From: Schmidtea polychroa
Lineage: Eukaryota
Reading direction: 5' to 3'
Assembly (NCBI GenBank): GCA_044892525.1
Contig: CM097888.1
Span: 62,868,001-62,932,000 of the forward strand
Length of the DNA stretch: 64,000 nucleotides
How positions within the stretch are numbered: position 1 is the first letter of the stretch; every line of letters begins with the position of its first letter. The notes under the pieces were generated by a model. That model was not told where the DNA came from and ran no database searches. It saw only the letters and a program-made list of their open reading frames with translations. The position numbers and the translations under genes were made by a program. Of this stretch, positions 27,156 through 39,952 are shown piece after piece.

Positions 27156-29679
27156 CACTAGGATGGCCAGAGCGGTCATTTTGACCGTTAAGCAATTTCA
27201 TTTTTATTTTGTGAGAAAACGAAAAGGAATTAACGTCTCATATTTTGTGACAATTATTCATTTTTAGTGAACTTGTTGTGCATATCAAAGCTTCAATTAT
27301 AGCATTTGTCACGACTGAGATAATGAGGCCATCCCCATGGAAGGCCGAACCGGTCAATTTGACCGGTATCTTGAAACACACAAGAAAGTCACACATAATC
27401 ATCTTACATACTAGAAAATATAAAACCAAATATAATTTACACACAACCGAAGCATTTAACAGTCATTTGGGAATGTTTTCCACAGTAAACTTTACTACAT
27501 ACATGGCATATAGCTCCGGATTTGTTATCACAATGAGGAGCAGAACAAGTTTTTCGCTTCTTTAATTTTGGTTGTTCAGAACAGAGTTCACCAGAGATGG
27601 GACTTGCTGTTCGGCGGCTTTTGAACTCCTCACAAAGAGATGTAGCTAATTCAAAAATAAAATCCCTTCTTTTTATAGTTGATCCCGTAGCATCTTTGAA
27701 AATAACATGAGCGTTGAGAGCTGCTTTATCAAGCAAATCATAGAAAGTAGCGAGTGGCCATCTTGCTGTTGCGGCTTTACTGCTGTATAAACGCAACATG
27801 CTATCCATGGTATCTACAGATGTCTTATTTTTGTTATAAAAGTGTATCATTTCAGGCTTTCTCTTTTCGTCAGATCTCACACTAGCAGTAGAATGGAATG
27901 TTGACATGACAATGACTTTCTTGTCCGATTTGCCTTGATAGGAAACAGTGACAGTGTTTTGACACGATAAATAAGTCGATTCAAAAAGAGGCTTTTTCTC
28001 CAAGTGAGCTGATGATAAAAAGCGTGAATTTAATCTTAGTACCAACCAATGTTGTTCGATTTACAAGGAGATGTTCAGCTAGTGAGAGACTTGTAAAGAA
28101 ATTGTCAGTGCAGACATTGTATCCTTTATTGAAAAATGGCTCCATTAGTTTCCTGACTACAAAATCACCCAGCCGTAATCCACAGCGTTCGTTTCTATCG
28201 TGAGCCCCTAAATATGGCATTTGATTGATGACAAATTTGGTTTTGACATCACTGAGAATCCAGTATTTGATACCGAATTTATCAGGCTTATTTGGCATAA
28301 ATTGGATGAAGCAACACTTATTTTTTAGCGTCAAAAGTTGCTCGTCGACAGTAAGGAAGGGATTAGGAGTATAAACTTGAAGACAGTTTGAAACAAACAA
28401 GTCAAATATTTCACGAAAATGGGCATATTTATCTTGTTCTACTCTTTGACGTCGAGAACATTGTTCATCAAAACGAAGAAAGCGCTGTATCTCACGGAAA
28501 CGGTTCCGAGACATGACTTCTCTAAAGTAAGGAGATCCAAATTGAGATGACCAGATTGAATTGATAGAATGTCGGCGAAAGCCTAACACACCACGGAGAT
28601 ACAGCAATCCAAGAAAAGCATCTAATTCCTGTAGACTGATACACCAGTCTGACGAAGCTTCTTTTCCTTTCATAATTGTGTATTTTTGAATTAACTTCAG
28701 CATTCCTTCAGAGACTATCAAGCGCCAAGCGCTCAGGGGTGAGTCAATTTTGCGCTTTGCAAAAGCTTTCACACCAGGTGTTCCACTAAAAATATTGTGC
28801 GCAGGGAATCTGCCAACACTAATAGCGTGATTGTTTTCTACTCGATTCCAAAGAGTGCCATCCCTGCTAGATAAAAGCTGATTTTCTAATGAAGAAATTG
28901 AGCTATTGACTGACTCATTGTCACTTTCTAACGAACTTCCATTATCATCAGAGTTCCATTCATGTAACTCTTCGTCAGAATCATTTCTTTCGGGCTCATC
29001 ATCACTTCCCATAGGCTGATCTTCATCTTCAGAGAGAGCAGCGTCAATATTCCATAGCTTCTGTAAAGCACGTTGAGCAGCAATTCTTTTAGTTGGCATA
29101 TTTGATTCTAAAATAATGATAAAAACTCCGTCAGTAAAATAAGAAACGTCAAATTTATTATTGGATTCTAATGAAAACACGGTTTTATAATGTTTGTTAT
29201 CCCAAGAAGTTCAAAGATTTTCTATAACAATTATTAGATATTGTCTTATGACATTTCGTTAAGTTTTTCGTTTGATTCTTTTAATTTACCAAATTTCAAA
29301 ACTTAGAACTCTTAATGCTTGCTTAATTACACTTTTAATAAGCACTATCTTTGAATAAAAGCAAGAGAATATTTATAAACAAGAAATGAAGTATACATAC
29401 ATACCAGTCTGAATAAACGCGAAGACAATGTTTAAAATAGTGTAGCTTTGTGTCAGCTAAACAAATATTTTTATTTCATTGTTGTAAGTAGTTTAATAAA
29501 TTAACTACTGTTAGAATAAAAATAATTAAATTTTGAAAGCGTGTTAGTAGCACAAAGAAAGTATTGCTAAATGAGTTGCATCATAGAAATCTCAGCATGA
29601 AAATAAGGAGCATATGTGCGACGGTCAAATTGACCGGTTTGGCCTTCCAAGGTATAAAATATTTCCGGCCGTCCTAGTG
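27156..29679 (-). mobile_element. piggyBac copy B, full length (2524 bp)
   Basis: TTAA TSDs at 27152-27155 and 29680-29683; 13-bp TIR CACTAGGA(T/C)GGCC; internal palindromes ccggtcaatttgaccgg. Confidence 0.98.
27437..29099 (-). pseudogene. piggyBac transposase (about 554 aa) with a single apparent 2-bp deletion near 28040
   Basis: Catalytic D residues in TVDEQL, CTDNFF and SVDTMD; C-terminal CRD CSAPHC..CHVCSKVYCGKH..CFGC; frame switches at LVGT/LRLNSR. Confidence 0.93.
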
Positions 29680-29879
29680 TTAACAACAGAAGTCAACGAA
29701 GCCAAAGCTTACAAAACGATAAGTTCACTGATCTCTGAAGTTTGGTACAAATTTATCGAAAATAGTCAAAACTGTTATAATCTTTTGATAAACAATTATT
29801 TTCAACAAAAGGAAGTTGTAGATTGTTGAGAATACCTTAATTACAAAATAAAAATAATCATTAAAGCCGTAAAATGATT

Positions 29880-30400
29880 GGGTGAATGATGATGAATGAA
29901 TGGGGCATTCTTCTGGAACTCAGTAAAACAAGAGGGGAGAAAAATGAGAAGTGAAGAAAATCAATAAAAGCAAACAATTAAATAAAAGAAGGTTATTATT
30001 AATTAATAACACAAGTGCAAAAGAAGCGAAACAGAAAGTAAAACAAAATTTGGACTGGCTTGTCATCTCTATGGCCTACTCTAGATAGAGAGGTAAAGGC
30101 ATAGGAAATCCGAGAAACTATAACATGGAGAAATATAACAACTGACAATTTTTTTACAGCTGTCAGAGATTACGGAATGCCAATAGAAAAAGTGGAAAAA
30201 AGAATGAATTATCAATAAGTCCCATCAGATAGAAAAGTATAAAAACCGAACACAAATTAACAGATGGAGAGAAAATAGCTACGAGAAAAACTTGCGACGA
30301 AAAGAGAGAAAATTTGTTAGAAAGAAATTTGTGAGAAATTTGAATTTACGATTGTCCATTACCGGAAATAGTCAAGTGGTCGTGTTCTTAGAGTATTGTT
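29880..30400 (+). repeat. Purine-rich retroelement-like remnant related to about 58800-59450
   Basis: Shared acagctgtcagagat and aaagtggaaaaa segments; class not determined. Confidence 0.4.
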
Positions 30401-31838
30401 ATTGTTGTGCTTTCGTATTTGTGAAAAGATGAAGGGAGAAAATTATTGGTCCTTCTTGGGGAGTTTGTAACTTTGAAATTAGCAGACATGGCTGCTAACA
30501 CATCTTCTAAATTATTTTTTAAATCCGGTTCAAAAGTTAACGTCATAATTCCAAATATTTATTTAATGAAATATCGTATAATTTCCAAACAAATTTTCAG
30601 CGTTGAATAAAATATTTTAAAAACCATTTATAAAAATTTCGTTATTTAAAATATATTTATTTAAAAATGATTTACTAATAAAAGGCTTGTTTAATTTTTT
30701 AATTTTTTAATTTAAAAATTTCAATTTAAAAATGTTTTTAAAAGTTATTTTAAATAGTCAATTATTTATCATTTAAAATTATCTTAATAAATTATTGAAA
30801 TATTTAATTCTCAGCTGAAAACACCTCATAATTTCAATGCATTCATCCTTTGAAATTGAAAAAGGAGCACCCGTATACCAGAGACAATTAGATTTTACAA
30901 TAGCACAAAAGTCGGTGTATCAAATGGTCAAAAAATTTAATGTAAAATCTAAATGCATTTTATACAAAGAAACAACGGGTGAAGATATATAGAGGCAAGA
31001 ATTTTTATTTCAATTCGCATAAGAACTTGGGACTAAATATCAGAAGGAGACAGAGCTACCAAAAGAATGTTCATCAGAAACAACGACAAATACTGCTATA
31101 GATTCATCTGAACGGAAATCTTGTCGAATGAGATATTGTAAAGTTAATAAGACTAACAAAATTTGTGTAAAATGTAAAACATACGTATCTGAAAAATGTG
31201 CAATACAAAATACTATAATTTGAAAAAAGTGAGCTGAAAATACATAAATGTAAATAAAACTTTTCTAAATAGAAAAAAATATTTTTTTAACTATCCAATC
31301 TTTTTCTATGTTAACAATATATATTATTTTGAAGCGGTCATTTGACCCCTAATGGTAGGATTATGTATACATGAAATGTCTGTAGGTTTATAATGTTAAT
31401 GACAGAATCTTCGCAAAATTCCGTATTTTTAAACGAACTCGTATAAATAAATGCTTATAAATACAACTAAAGTTAAAAAAGCATAAAAAATTTCAATTTA
31501 TTTATTGAAATTAGCGTCGCCTTCATTTTCTGGAGAAAATATGTTTAGCTCCCATGTTTCGTAGGGTGTCATTAAATTGCGTTTTCCTAATGTGCTCTTT
31601 TATGGTGTTATCAATCCGACCAAGTTCTTCTCTTAGCGAGTCATTTAAGTTTGACTGATCTGAAAATATAAGAAATTAGTTTAAAAAAATTTCATTATTT
31701 TTAATCAAAATCAATAATACTCTTGATTACACAGTCATAGAAATGAAAGCGGAACCTTATTCAGTTTTCACCAAATTTTCAAAGAAAGAAGGCCTTAAAA
31801 ATTTACTTAAAATATTGGAGGCCAATAAAGGTTATTAC

Positions 31839-31972
31839 CAGTGATGGGATTCAGCCGGTACCACCGTTACGGCCATACTGGTTCTAGTTAGTGCGTACGA
31901 ATTTTTCATTTTACAAATCAATAAAAAAATGGAAAGCGTGCCGGTCTCAAAGAAAATTGAATCCCGTCACTG
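31839..31972. mobile_element. hAT-type MITE (134 bp)
   Basis: TIR CAGTGATGGGATTCA / TGAATCCCGTCACTG; perfect TSD GTTATTAC. Confidence 0.93.
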
Positions 31973-33342
31973 GTTATTACACTTATTTAGTGAAACCACA
32001 ATAAATTTTATTAATAATACAGATATAAATTCAAACCTGTTGAAACATTCATACATTTGTTAGTAAGAAAAATATCAGAAATTTTATAAGCCTTTACTAT
32101 ATTAGTTTCTAGTGAATGTTTTTTGTATTTATAATTACATCTTCAATATTTTAGGAAAAACCGAAAATAATTTTAAAAAAATGATTAGCAGGTATACATG
32201 GAGTATTTCTATTTTCCTTTTCTAATTTGGCAAATATTTATTCGCACGTGCTTCAAAATTTTAAAATAATTTTTAAAGCAAATTTCTACATATTTCAAAA
32301 ATTGAGTTACTAACATAAAAAAATAAAATTTTATCAGACTTTATGTTTTAAATACTAATTCTCACACCTGATATGATTGCAATTTTATCAATTTTAACCA
32401 TTTACTTTCATCAACCTCGTTAACTTCATATAAATATAAAATAACAATAAATTATTGTTGTGATTTAGTTTACAACATTCAGATATAGCGATGTAACAAT
32501 GAAATAGCAGAAGAAAGGAATGCATCTGGGTCGCTTTATTTGGTATACAAAACAAACTTTATATTTGAGGAAAGGCGATGTTTTATGAATAATTTAATGA
32601 AAAATGAAATATAAAATGGTTAAAATGTAAATTTATACTTATTTCTGATTTTATGGTATTATTTAGTGGCCGTTCTGGAGAAGGATTTTTTTCATTTCGA
32701 GCTGTTGGTTGATTCCCTGCAAATATGGTCATATTAAATAATTAATATTAAATATATTTAATAAACTACCTTTTTTATTAACTTTATCTGAATGCAACTT
32801 ATGTTTAAGAGTATCATATTGTTTTAAGTAGGAATTCTTTTCATTAATCATTTGTTGACTTTCATACGTTATAGGATAACCTGTNNNNNNNNNNNNNNNN
32901 NNNNNNNNNNNNNNNNNNNNNNNNNNNNNNNNNNNNNNNNNNNNNNNNNNNNNNNNNNNNNNNNNNNNNNNNNNNNNNNNNNNNNNNNNNNNNNNNNNNN
33001 NNNNNNNNNNNNNNNNNNNNNNNNNNNNNNNNNNNNNNNNNNNATTGATAACATACTAATATATATCTAATATATATGTTATCTACCATTACTTCACCTT
33101 CACGAATCTGACCCATGAATAGTCATCACTAATTCAATCTTTAGTATATTTGTCGAAACACTTTTTACTAACTGATACAGGAATTTCAAGTAGGAGTATA
33201 GATCTAAGAAAAATTTTGTGACAAAAAATTCATGCGATTGAACTCCGGATCGAATGCTAAGTGTTAATACCGTATGACGCATATACGCTTGTAATTATAT
33301 AATTAATTTTTATTATATAATTAACTTATTATTATTATTATA

Positions 33343-33416
<74 letters not shown>
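33343..33416. repeat. (ATT)n microsatellite
   Basis: Pure ATT run. Confidence 0.97.
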
Positions 33417-33417
<1 letters not shown>

Positions 33418-33469
33418 AAGTAATGATTTCTTGGTAGCAGCATTTATTATTTAAAACAATAAAGTGATA

Positions 33470-33564
33470 ATTTAAGCCTTTTGCCGCAAATAATGTATTT
33501 AATGAAAAAAATATAGTCGAAAATCTTTTCATTAAATACATTATTTGCAGCAAAAGGCTTAAAT
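33470..33564. repeat. 95-bp foldback palindrome abutting an assembly gap; arm fragments also near 21751 and 63165
   Basis: 39-bp arms atttaagccttttgc(c/t)gcaaataatgtatttaatgaaaa with one mismatch. Confidence 0.85.
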
Positions 33565-34634
33565 NNNNNNNNNNNNNNNNNNNNNNNNNNNNNNNNNNNN
33601 NNNNNNNNNNNNNNNNNNNNNNNNNNNNNNNNNNNNNNNNNNNNNNNNNNNNNNNNNNNNNNNNNNNNNNNNNNNNNNNNNNNNNNNNNNNNNNNNNNNN
33701 NNNNNNNNNNNNNNNNNNNNNNNNNNNNNNNNNNNNNNNNNNNNNNNNNNNNNNNNNNNNNNNNNNNNNNNNNNNTTTGAATGGTTATAATTGATGAAAA
33801 GAATAAAAATTTCCAAACTTGCATCACCGTTAATCAAGTAAATAAAATTTTTGTACAAAAAATTACCTTTCTGTAAATTATTTTAAATATTATTATCTAA
33901 GAATACATTAATGTGAAAAAAATTCACCTTGACCTAATAAATGTTCTTTCTGAAAGTCTGTAGAATTATTTAATACTTCTGGAGCAATGTTTTCTGAATT
34001 TCTAATTGACGCTCGACTAATTTGCCTAATGAAATAAAATNNNNNNNNNNNNNNNNNNNNNNNNNNNNNNNNNNNNNNNNNNNNNNNNNNNNNNNNNNNN
34101 NNNNNNNNNNNNNNNNNNNNNNNNNNNNNNNNNNNNNNNNNNNNNNNNNNNNNNNNNNNNNNNNNNNNNNNNNNNNNNNNNNNNNNNNNNNNNNNNNNNN
34201 GGATATACTAGAATAATTTTATAATATATAATATTTCAAGATATAGTTGAAGTTGCCATCATTGAACTGATGCTAATCAAAAATAAATAGAAAAGATTAC
34301 CAATAAAAATAGATAAGCAAGTTAGAATTGGGAATCCAAAATTATAACTATTTTTAATATGATATACGAATGAAATTTAAAACGTCTATTGGTATTGATA
34401 AAATATTTCAAAAGCAAAAAACAATTTGTCAGTTTTTTACTAATAACTATTTCATAACTTTGAATTTAATTAAAATATTTTGTTTATTAGTTACCGTCAA
34501 GCATAACTTGTAATGGGGTCATGTCAGTCATTATGTCAAAAACTTTTTTTAAACAACAAAGCGTTAATTAAATAATTTTAAAATTATTAACAAATCTTAG
34601 TAATGTACTTGTCAGTAATTTGGGTTCATTAGTC

Positions 34635-34680
<46 letters not shown>

Positions 34681-34855
34681 ATAAAAGTATAGTTAGTTTC
34701 ATAAATATTCAATTAAATTATTAATATTACTTTTACTATTATTACTATTATTACTATTATTTACTATTATACCACTCGGAGATCAATTTTACTATATATT
34801 TCGACAGGTTCACTATGATCATCAGGTGGAAATGAAATTATTATATGCATTTTAA

Positions 34856-34937
34856 CACATTGACGGACAGTAGAAACAAGTGACATTTGAAAATTGACAC
34901 TATATGACGGCTATAGACACAAGTGTCCATCAACGTG
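34856..34937. mobile_element. 82-bp piggyBac-type mini-MITE
   Basis: TTAA on both sides; TIR CACATTGACGGAC vs CACGTTGATGGAC (2 mismatches). Confidence 0.7.
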
Positions 34938-37900
34938 TTAAATTGCTTTTTCGAACAAAATTATAAAAAATTCTTAATAAAAATCAAAATCTAAATAATT
35001 TATTAATTATTAAAAAATAAATCTTATTTTTAAAAAAATAATCAATAAGTTTTCAAATTAAATTAAAATACGATTTTTATTAAATTAAATTTTTTTTATA
35101 TTCTTATATAACATTATTTTACATTCACATTAGTTTTCCATGTATCACTTCAAATACGACAATACAAACACAAACGAATCGTTCTTTGCATACATACCAG
35201 AACAAATAACACGACTTTAAGACAATCCCAAACAATAAAAATTGCTTTTTCTCCAGATTGGTTTAAGAAACCTAAAATGATGATATATGAACTAGTTATT
35301 GCAGCAGTGAAAAAATTGTTTGGAAACAAGATTTTTTAGTCAATAAATTATTATTGATTAAAGCACGCTTTAGATTTAATTGTCAATTTATTATTCCACA
35401 GACAAACTCAACATATATAATTGTATTGTGTGTGTTTATTAATTATTAAAACTAATTTCAAACCTCGTTAATTCTTTAACTTTCTCTTTCAAGTTTTGAT
35501 TTTGTTTGAATACGAATTCGATTTCTGAGTGATGTCGAACTCTGAGTTCATTTAAGGAATTGTTTTGCAAACTTTGAAAGTAAATGTTTTCAAAATTAAT
35601 AAATAAAATGTTCATTACCGAAGCGCCTCATTTTCTAGCATGTATTCTTGAAGGATTTCATAAAATGCCGTTCCTTCATTATTGGATGTTGCAGACGCTG
35701 ACAGATTTTTTATGGGAGAGTTTGAATCACAAGATTCAATGTTCATTACTGTGCTTGTCGCTGAAGGATTTCGAGACCCTTTTGTCGAAGTTGAATTTTT
35801 TCTCAATACGTATTCTAATGAAATAATAATAAATGTTTAAACAAGTTTGTATGCACTGCAAAAAGTTGTTGACAAGTCGGTTTTTTGTTAAAGTAAACAA
35901 TCTTATGACAGTAAGGGGTATAAGTTTATTTATAATAAAAAAACAATAATTGAGCCTAAATATTATCCAAAACTGACAGGCATTCGGATACTCTCTTCAT
36001 AACCCTAGCATATTTATCTAAAATTTACATGATAATTATAATTAGACCTTCATTAAAAATAACCTTCATTAAAAAAAAATAAATCATCACCACGCATTTA
36101 AAATCCGAAACAATTTATGGAATACTGGAGTGTAATTTATTAAAGGCATTTTGAAACGTTATTCGAAATTCATTTATTTTTTAACATTTTACTTTGAATT
36201 TTTTTCAATCGCGGATTTCAAAGTTTCTGTTAGTGGGTACAATTGGAAAATAATGAGTATGCTATGAATTAAACAGCTGCTAATATCAGTTATCCCGAAT
36301 TGAATATTTTTTCCAAATGATTCTTATATTCTTATTTAATTATATATTTTAATCTCACACTTTCAGCTATTTTCTCGATAATATATTGTTCTTTGTTTCT
36401 CTTTTAAACTTTACAATTTCTCTGACGACAAAAACTTTACTTTGATGAAATTTTATTGGATTAATTTGTCTAATTTTTGTTGTATAAAAACATTTCGGTT
36501 GTGCATAACAGCATTCTAAAATTGTCTAAAATTGAATGCGCAAAAGCCTCATAGAGACCTAGGCTTTTGCTAATCAGTAGCTCCACAACTTAAGATAAAT
36601 CAGGCATGATTGATTTTTTGATTAAATATTTATTTATTCAAAAGTATTTTTGAAAAAGCGGGAAAATACAATTAAATATTTTATAATGAACTTTATGTTG
36701 TTTTCTCTCAAAGTTGTCAGTAAAACAAATTTTATCAAATCCAATTTGTATATATTGAAACAATTGCATAGAAATCTTAGAAATTTTAATGATTTTATTT
36801 TTTCAAAATTTTTAATTTTAAAATTTAATTAAAAGCAAGTTGTGAAACAAAACATTTTTTAATTATTTACCTTTCATTGGGGTATTTAACGTTTCCTTAG
36901 ATTTTATTTCTAGTTGGTGTTTCAATAGTTGATTTTGTTCTTTTAATAATTGAATTTCTTGCTTCATGAAATTAAAATAATCAACTTTCTAAATATTTAT
37001 AGCAAAAATAATATTTAATAAATATAAATTATTTACAGAATTTTCGAGTTTTTCTTCTAGGTTTGTTGTTTGGGAACTTGATTCGACATTTCTGTATTTT
37101 TTATTGTTTTCAGTACTAATTTTGAATTGATCGAATGGTAATTGAACAGCCTATACAAATAACCTTATTGTATAATAATAAAATATAATAAGAAAATGGA
37201 AATTGTTAGAAATTAATTAAAAGCTAATTAAATATTCAAAAAAGTGATATTTTTCGAAGAAAATTAGCCTGTGGAATGAAATAATTTTAAAATTATGAGA
37301 ATCCCTAATAGGGAACAGAACAAAAAAACAAATTAATTAAAATTATTATTAACTTTCAAGTAAAACTCATTGGAAAAATCTCAGGGTTGACAAGTTGTTT
37401 AGTTGGCTAAATCATTTCAGTAAGAATTATGCGAATAGGCAGCTGTTTTTCCGAAGAGCGGACGTAAACGGAGAAATTAACCATGGTGATTAATGACAAT
37501 CTATTTTTATAAATAATAACAATAAGCGAGAAAATTTGCGACATTTGATCAGAACATGAGGGCGTATTGACAACATGAAATAAGCTAAACCAAACAATAA
37601 ACAATCAAATTGCAGATTGAAAACAACTCCAATTATTCTTAACAGAATATGTTTACTAATTCCTGCCAAAATTTCACAAATATCTCACAAAATAAAGACA
37701 AATAAAATTAATAATTTCCATTATATATTTATTATAAAAACTTCTTTCAATTTTTTTCACCTCTGATTTCTATTCAATTGACATTGTATTTGGCAATATA
37801 TTTAAATATCATTTTAATAATTATCATTTGTTGACATTTGATCTAATTTTCATTTTGAATTTCATTTATCTTCATTTAATTTTCGATTATAGATCAATTT

Positions 37901-38695
37901 CTTTCCATTTTAACACAAATCAATGCGTAGTAGATAATAAAATGAAGATAAATGCAATTCAAAATTTAGTTATTGATTATTTAAAAATAATATTTATTGA
38001 ATCAAAATAAATTACAAGTTTAAACATAATAAATAATTACTTGAAATTTTAGACTGTCACATGCATAAATTTCCTTTAGAAATTCCTGAAAATCATTGAA
38101 TTTGTTTTTGTCAAACATATTTTTGATCTGAAGCAATGATTCTAAATCGGTTACTGATGAGCCAGCCTTATTTGATAAAGTCTCTTACCGAATTTCGCTT
38201 GAATTTCCTTTAATTGAAATATTTTATGTGGTGCCTCATCCATGTACTGACCTTTAGAAGAAAGCTGTTAATTAAAATCTACTAAATTAAATTAATTAAC
38301 CTTCATTCATAAAATTAAATTCAAGTGAGAAAGGTTCACCAGAGGTATCTAAACATTTTTAATAACAATGATACTAAAATTAATTTATAATTAATCTCAA
38401 ATAAATTAGTAAGAACTCTATAAAATATGTATTATATCGTCTGAAATTTCAGTTAAATAATTCATGATAATTTATTGATTTCCTTTTGTAGAAAAGTAAT
38501 TTTTTAAAATTTTTTAATTAAAATAATTGTCTTTTTTATAAAATTACTTTTTTTTAACAAGCTGTTCATAAAAAGAGATTTATTTGTATATATGATATGT
38601 GTGCGTTATCAATGACATTCAATAACCTTGAAATTAACTAACAAATGTGTTGTGAGGGAGCTATCCTCACAGAAAGCTGATAATTGGCAATTTAA

Positions 38696-38935
38696 CCGTT
38701 TGCGGACAGTAGGCCAGCAGTGCTGGCCTTAAATGGCTTATAGTATAACGCTTATACGATAGCAGACGGTAGGCCAGCACTGCTGGCCAAGAATTTTGTT
38801 CCAGACGTTCTACATTGTATAATCTCCAGCTGTGCTGGTCAAACTTTAAAAAAATCATACCACGATATCGGGCATTCGTATACTAAAAAATAATATATTA
38901 AAATACTACTTAAAATTAATTCCGTCCGCAAACGG
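38696..38935. mobile_element. 240-bp piggyBac-type MITE
   Basis: TTAA TSDs (38692-38695, 38936-38939); perfect 12-bp TIR CCGTTTGCGGAC; two internal GGCCAGCA-N-TGCTGGCC palindromes. Confidence 0.85.
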
Positions 38936-39715
38936 TTAATACAATAATGAAATTCACATCGAATAACATTTTATTCACATTAAAAGTTATTTTAAAAGTT
39001 ATTTAAACAAACTTTATTTCTGAAATATATAAGTAATTTATTCATAAATAAATTAAATATAATGTATTGCACAGGCACTACATTAGCCCCCGCCCAAGTA
39101 CGGGGAGCGTATGCTGTTGCTGCTGCTGAGTAGTGTGTATATATACCCAACCAACACAACCCTCCCAACAAAAACATACCTCCATTACGCTTAAACCATT
39201 AGAAAAACAACCTAAAACCTATGTTTTTATAGTATTTTAACCCCATATTTTAAACAACAACCACCCTTAATCTTTAAAGCCTCAAACTCAAAAGCTTCAA
39301 ACTAAAAAGAGAATAGAAAAGAAAATGGCATTATGAAAAAGTTAGAGGGCTATTTGGGATAGGGCTATATACACACTACTTTTGATCGCAATCAAACTCC
39401 GGAGTTGATCTTTATCAGATTATTGATTTTAAATTATATAAATTAAAAAATAAATGAAAAATAGTAAAACTGCTCTGAGGGGACAGTGGTATTTTTTTTT
39501 GTTTTTTCACTGTCCCCTCAACAGTTTTTTTGATCCGGATCATTTTTTTATTTATCAACCTCTTTCGTTTATCAAATCTCTTCCAATAGCAGCACACCTT
39601 ATTATTCGCTTCTCGCTCGAATACGATTTCATCGGCGTTTTAAGCGTGCTGCTCGAAAGTACAAATGAATTCGAAAGTGAATTCGAAAGAGGTCCGAAAA
39701 CAACTGAGAAATAAA

Positions 39716-39788
39716 TGTGCACATTATGGAATCGATCCGGGGGTGTTCGAAAGACAGGTGGCGATAATTACCGGTTCGCCACCATCAC
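39716..39788 (-). ncRNA. tRNA-like Pol III cassette T4' (left-TIR mirror of T4)
   Basis: TGGCGAACCGG A-box-like motif, GGATCGATTCC B-box-like motif 43 nt downstream, GTG/CAC+A ends. Confidence 0.5.
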
Positions 39789-39952
39789 CCGTTTCAATAA
39801 TTTTTTTTTCATATTTATGTTTAAAAAATAAAATAAAATAAAATAAATAAAATAAAATAAAAATAAATAAAATATACAACTACTTTATAAATCTAAGATA
39901 CCCAAACTATTATTTTCAAATTTTTAATATTATTTTATGTTGAAAAAAAAAC

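Larger units (their letters stand above)
26700..31400 (+). mobile_element. Old degenerate piggyBac interrupted by young piggyBac B and by another insertion (about 29830-30800)
   Basis: AADGTVWKK; LYAFIGLLYARG...FIRF|N continues after 29683 as NRSQRSQSLQNDKF / ISEVWYKFIENSQNCY; 30830-31220 gives IRFYNSTKVG and a Cys-rich RKSCRMRYCKVNKTNKICVKCKTY tail. Confidence 0.8.
31500..38350 (-). pseudogene. Multi-exon gene for a coiled-coil protein of unknown family; some exons carry in-frame stops
   Basis: Clean GT-AG exons 37150-37037 (AVQLPFDQFK...) and 36988-36871 (KVDYFNFMKQEIQLLKEQNQLLKHQLE) with a 48-nt intron; 35-nt intron at 38154-38188; last exon near 31650-31515 (LNDSLREELGRIDNTIKEHIRK); candidate exons near 36400 and 33200 contain stops. 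Confidence 0.5.

Noticed and set aside
31700-36480. Stop-codon reassignment suggested by in-frame TAA in several candidate exons
   Set aside because: CTSF ends at TAA where homologues end, TGA/TAG stops also occur in these exons, and long ORFs contain no internal TAA; decay is simpler.
39454-39714. 86-aa ORF present in both TIRs (also 53277-53537) and its 60-aa antisense ORF
   Set aside because: Duplication is explained by the TIR itself. The ORF runs through a hairpin and T tracts, has no motif and lacks the TAAAATG context of the other genes.
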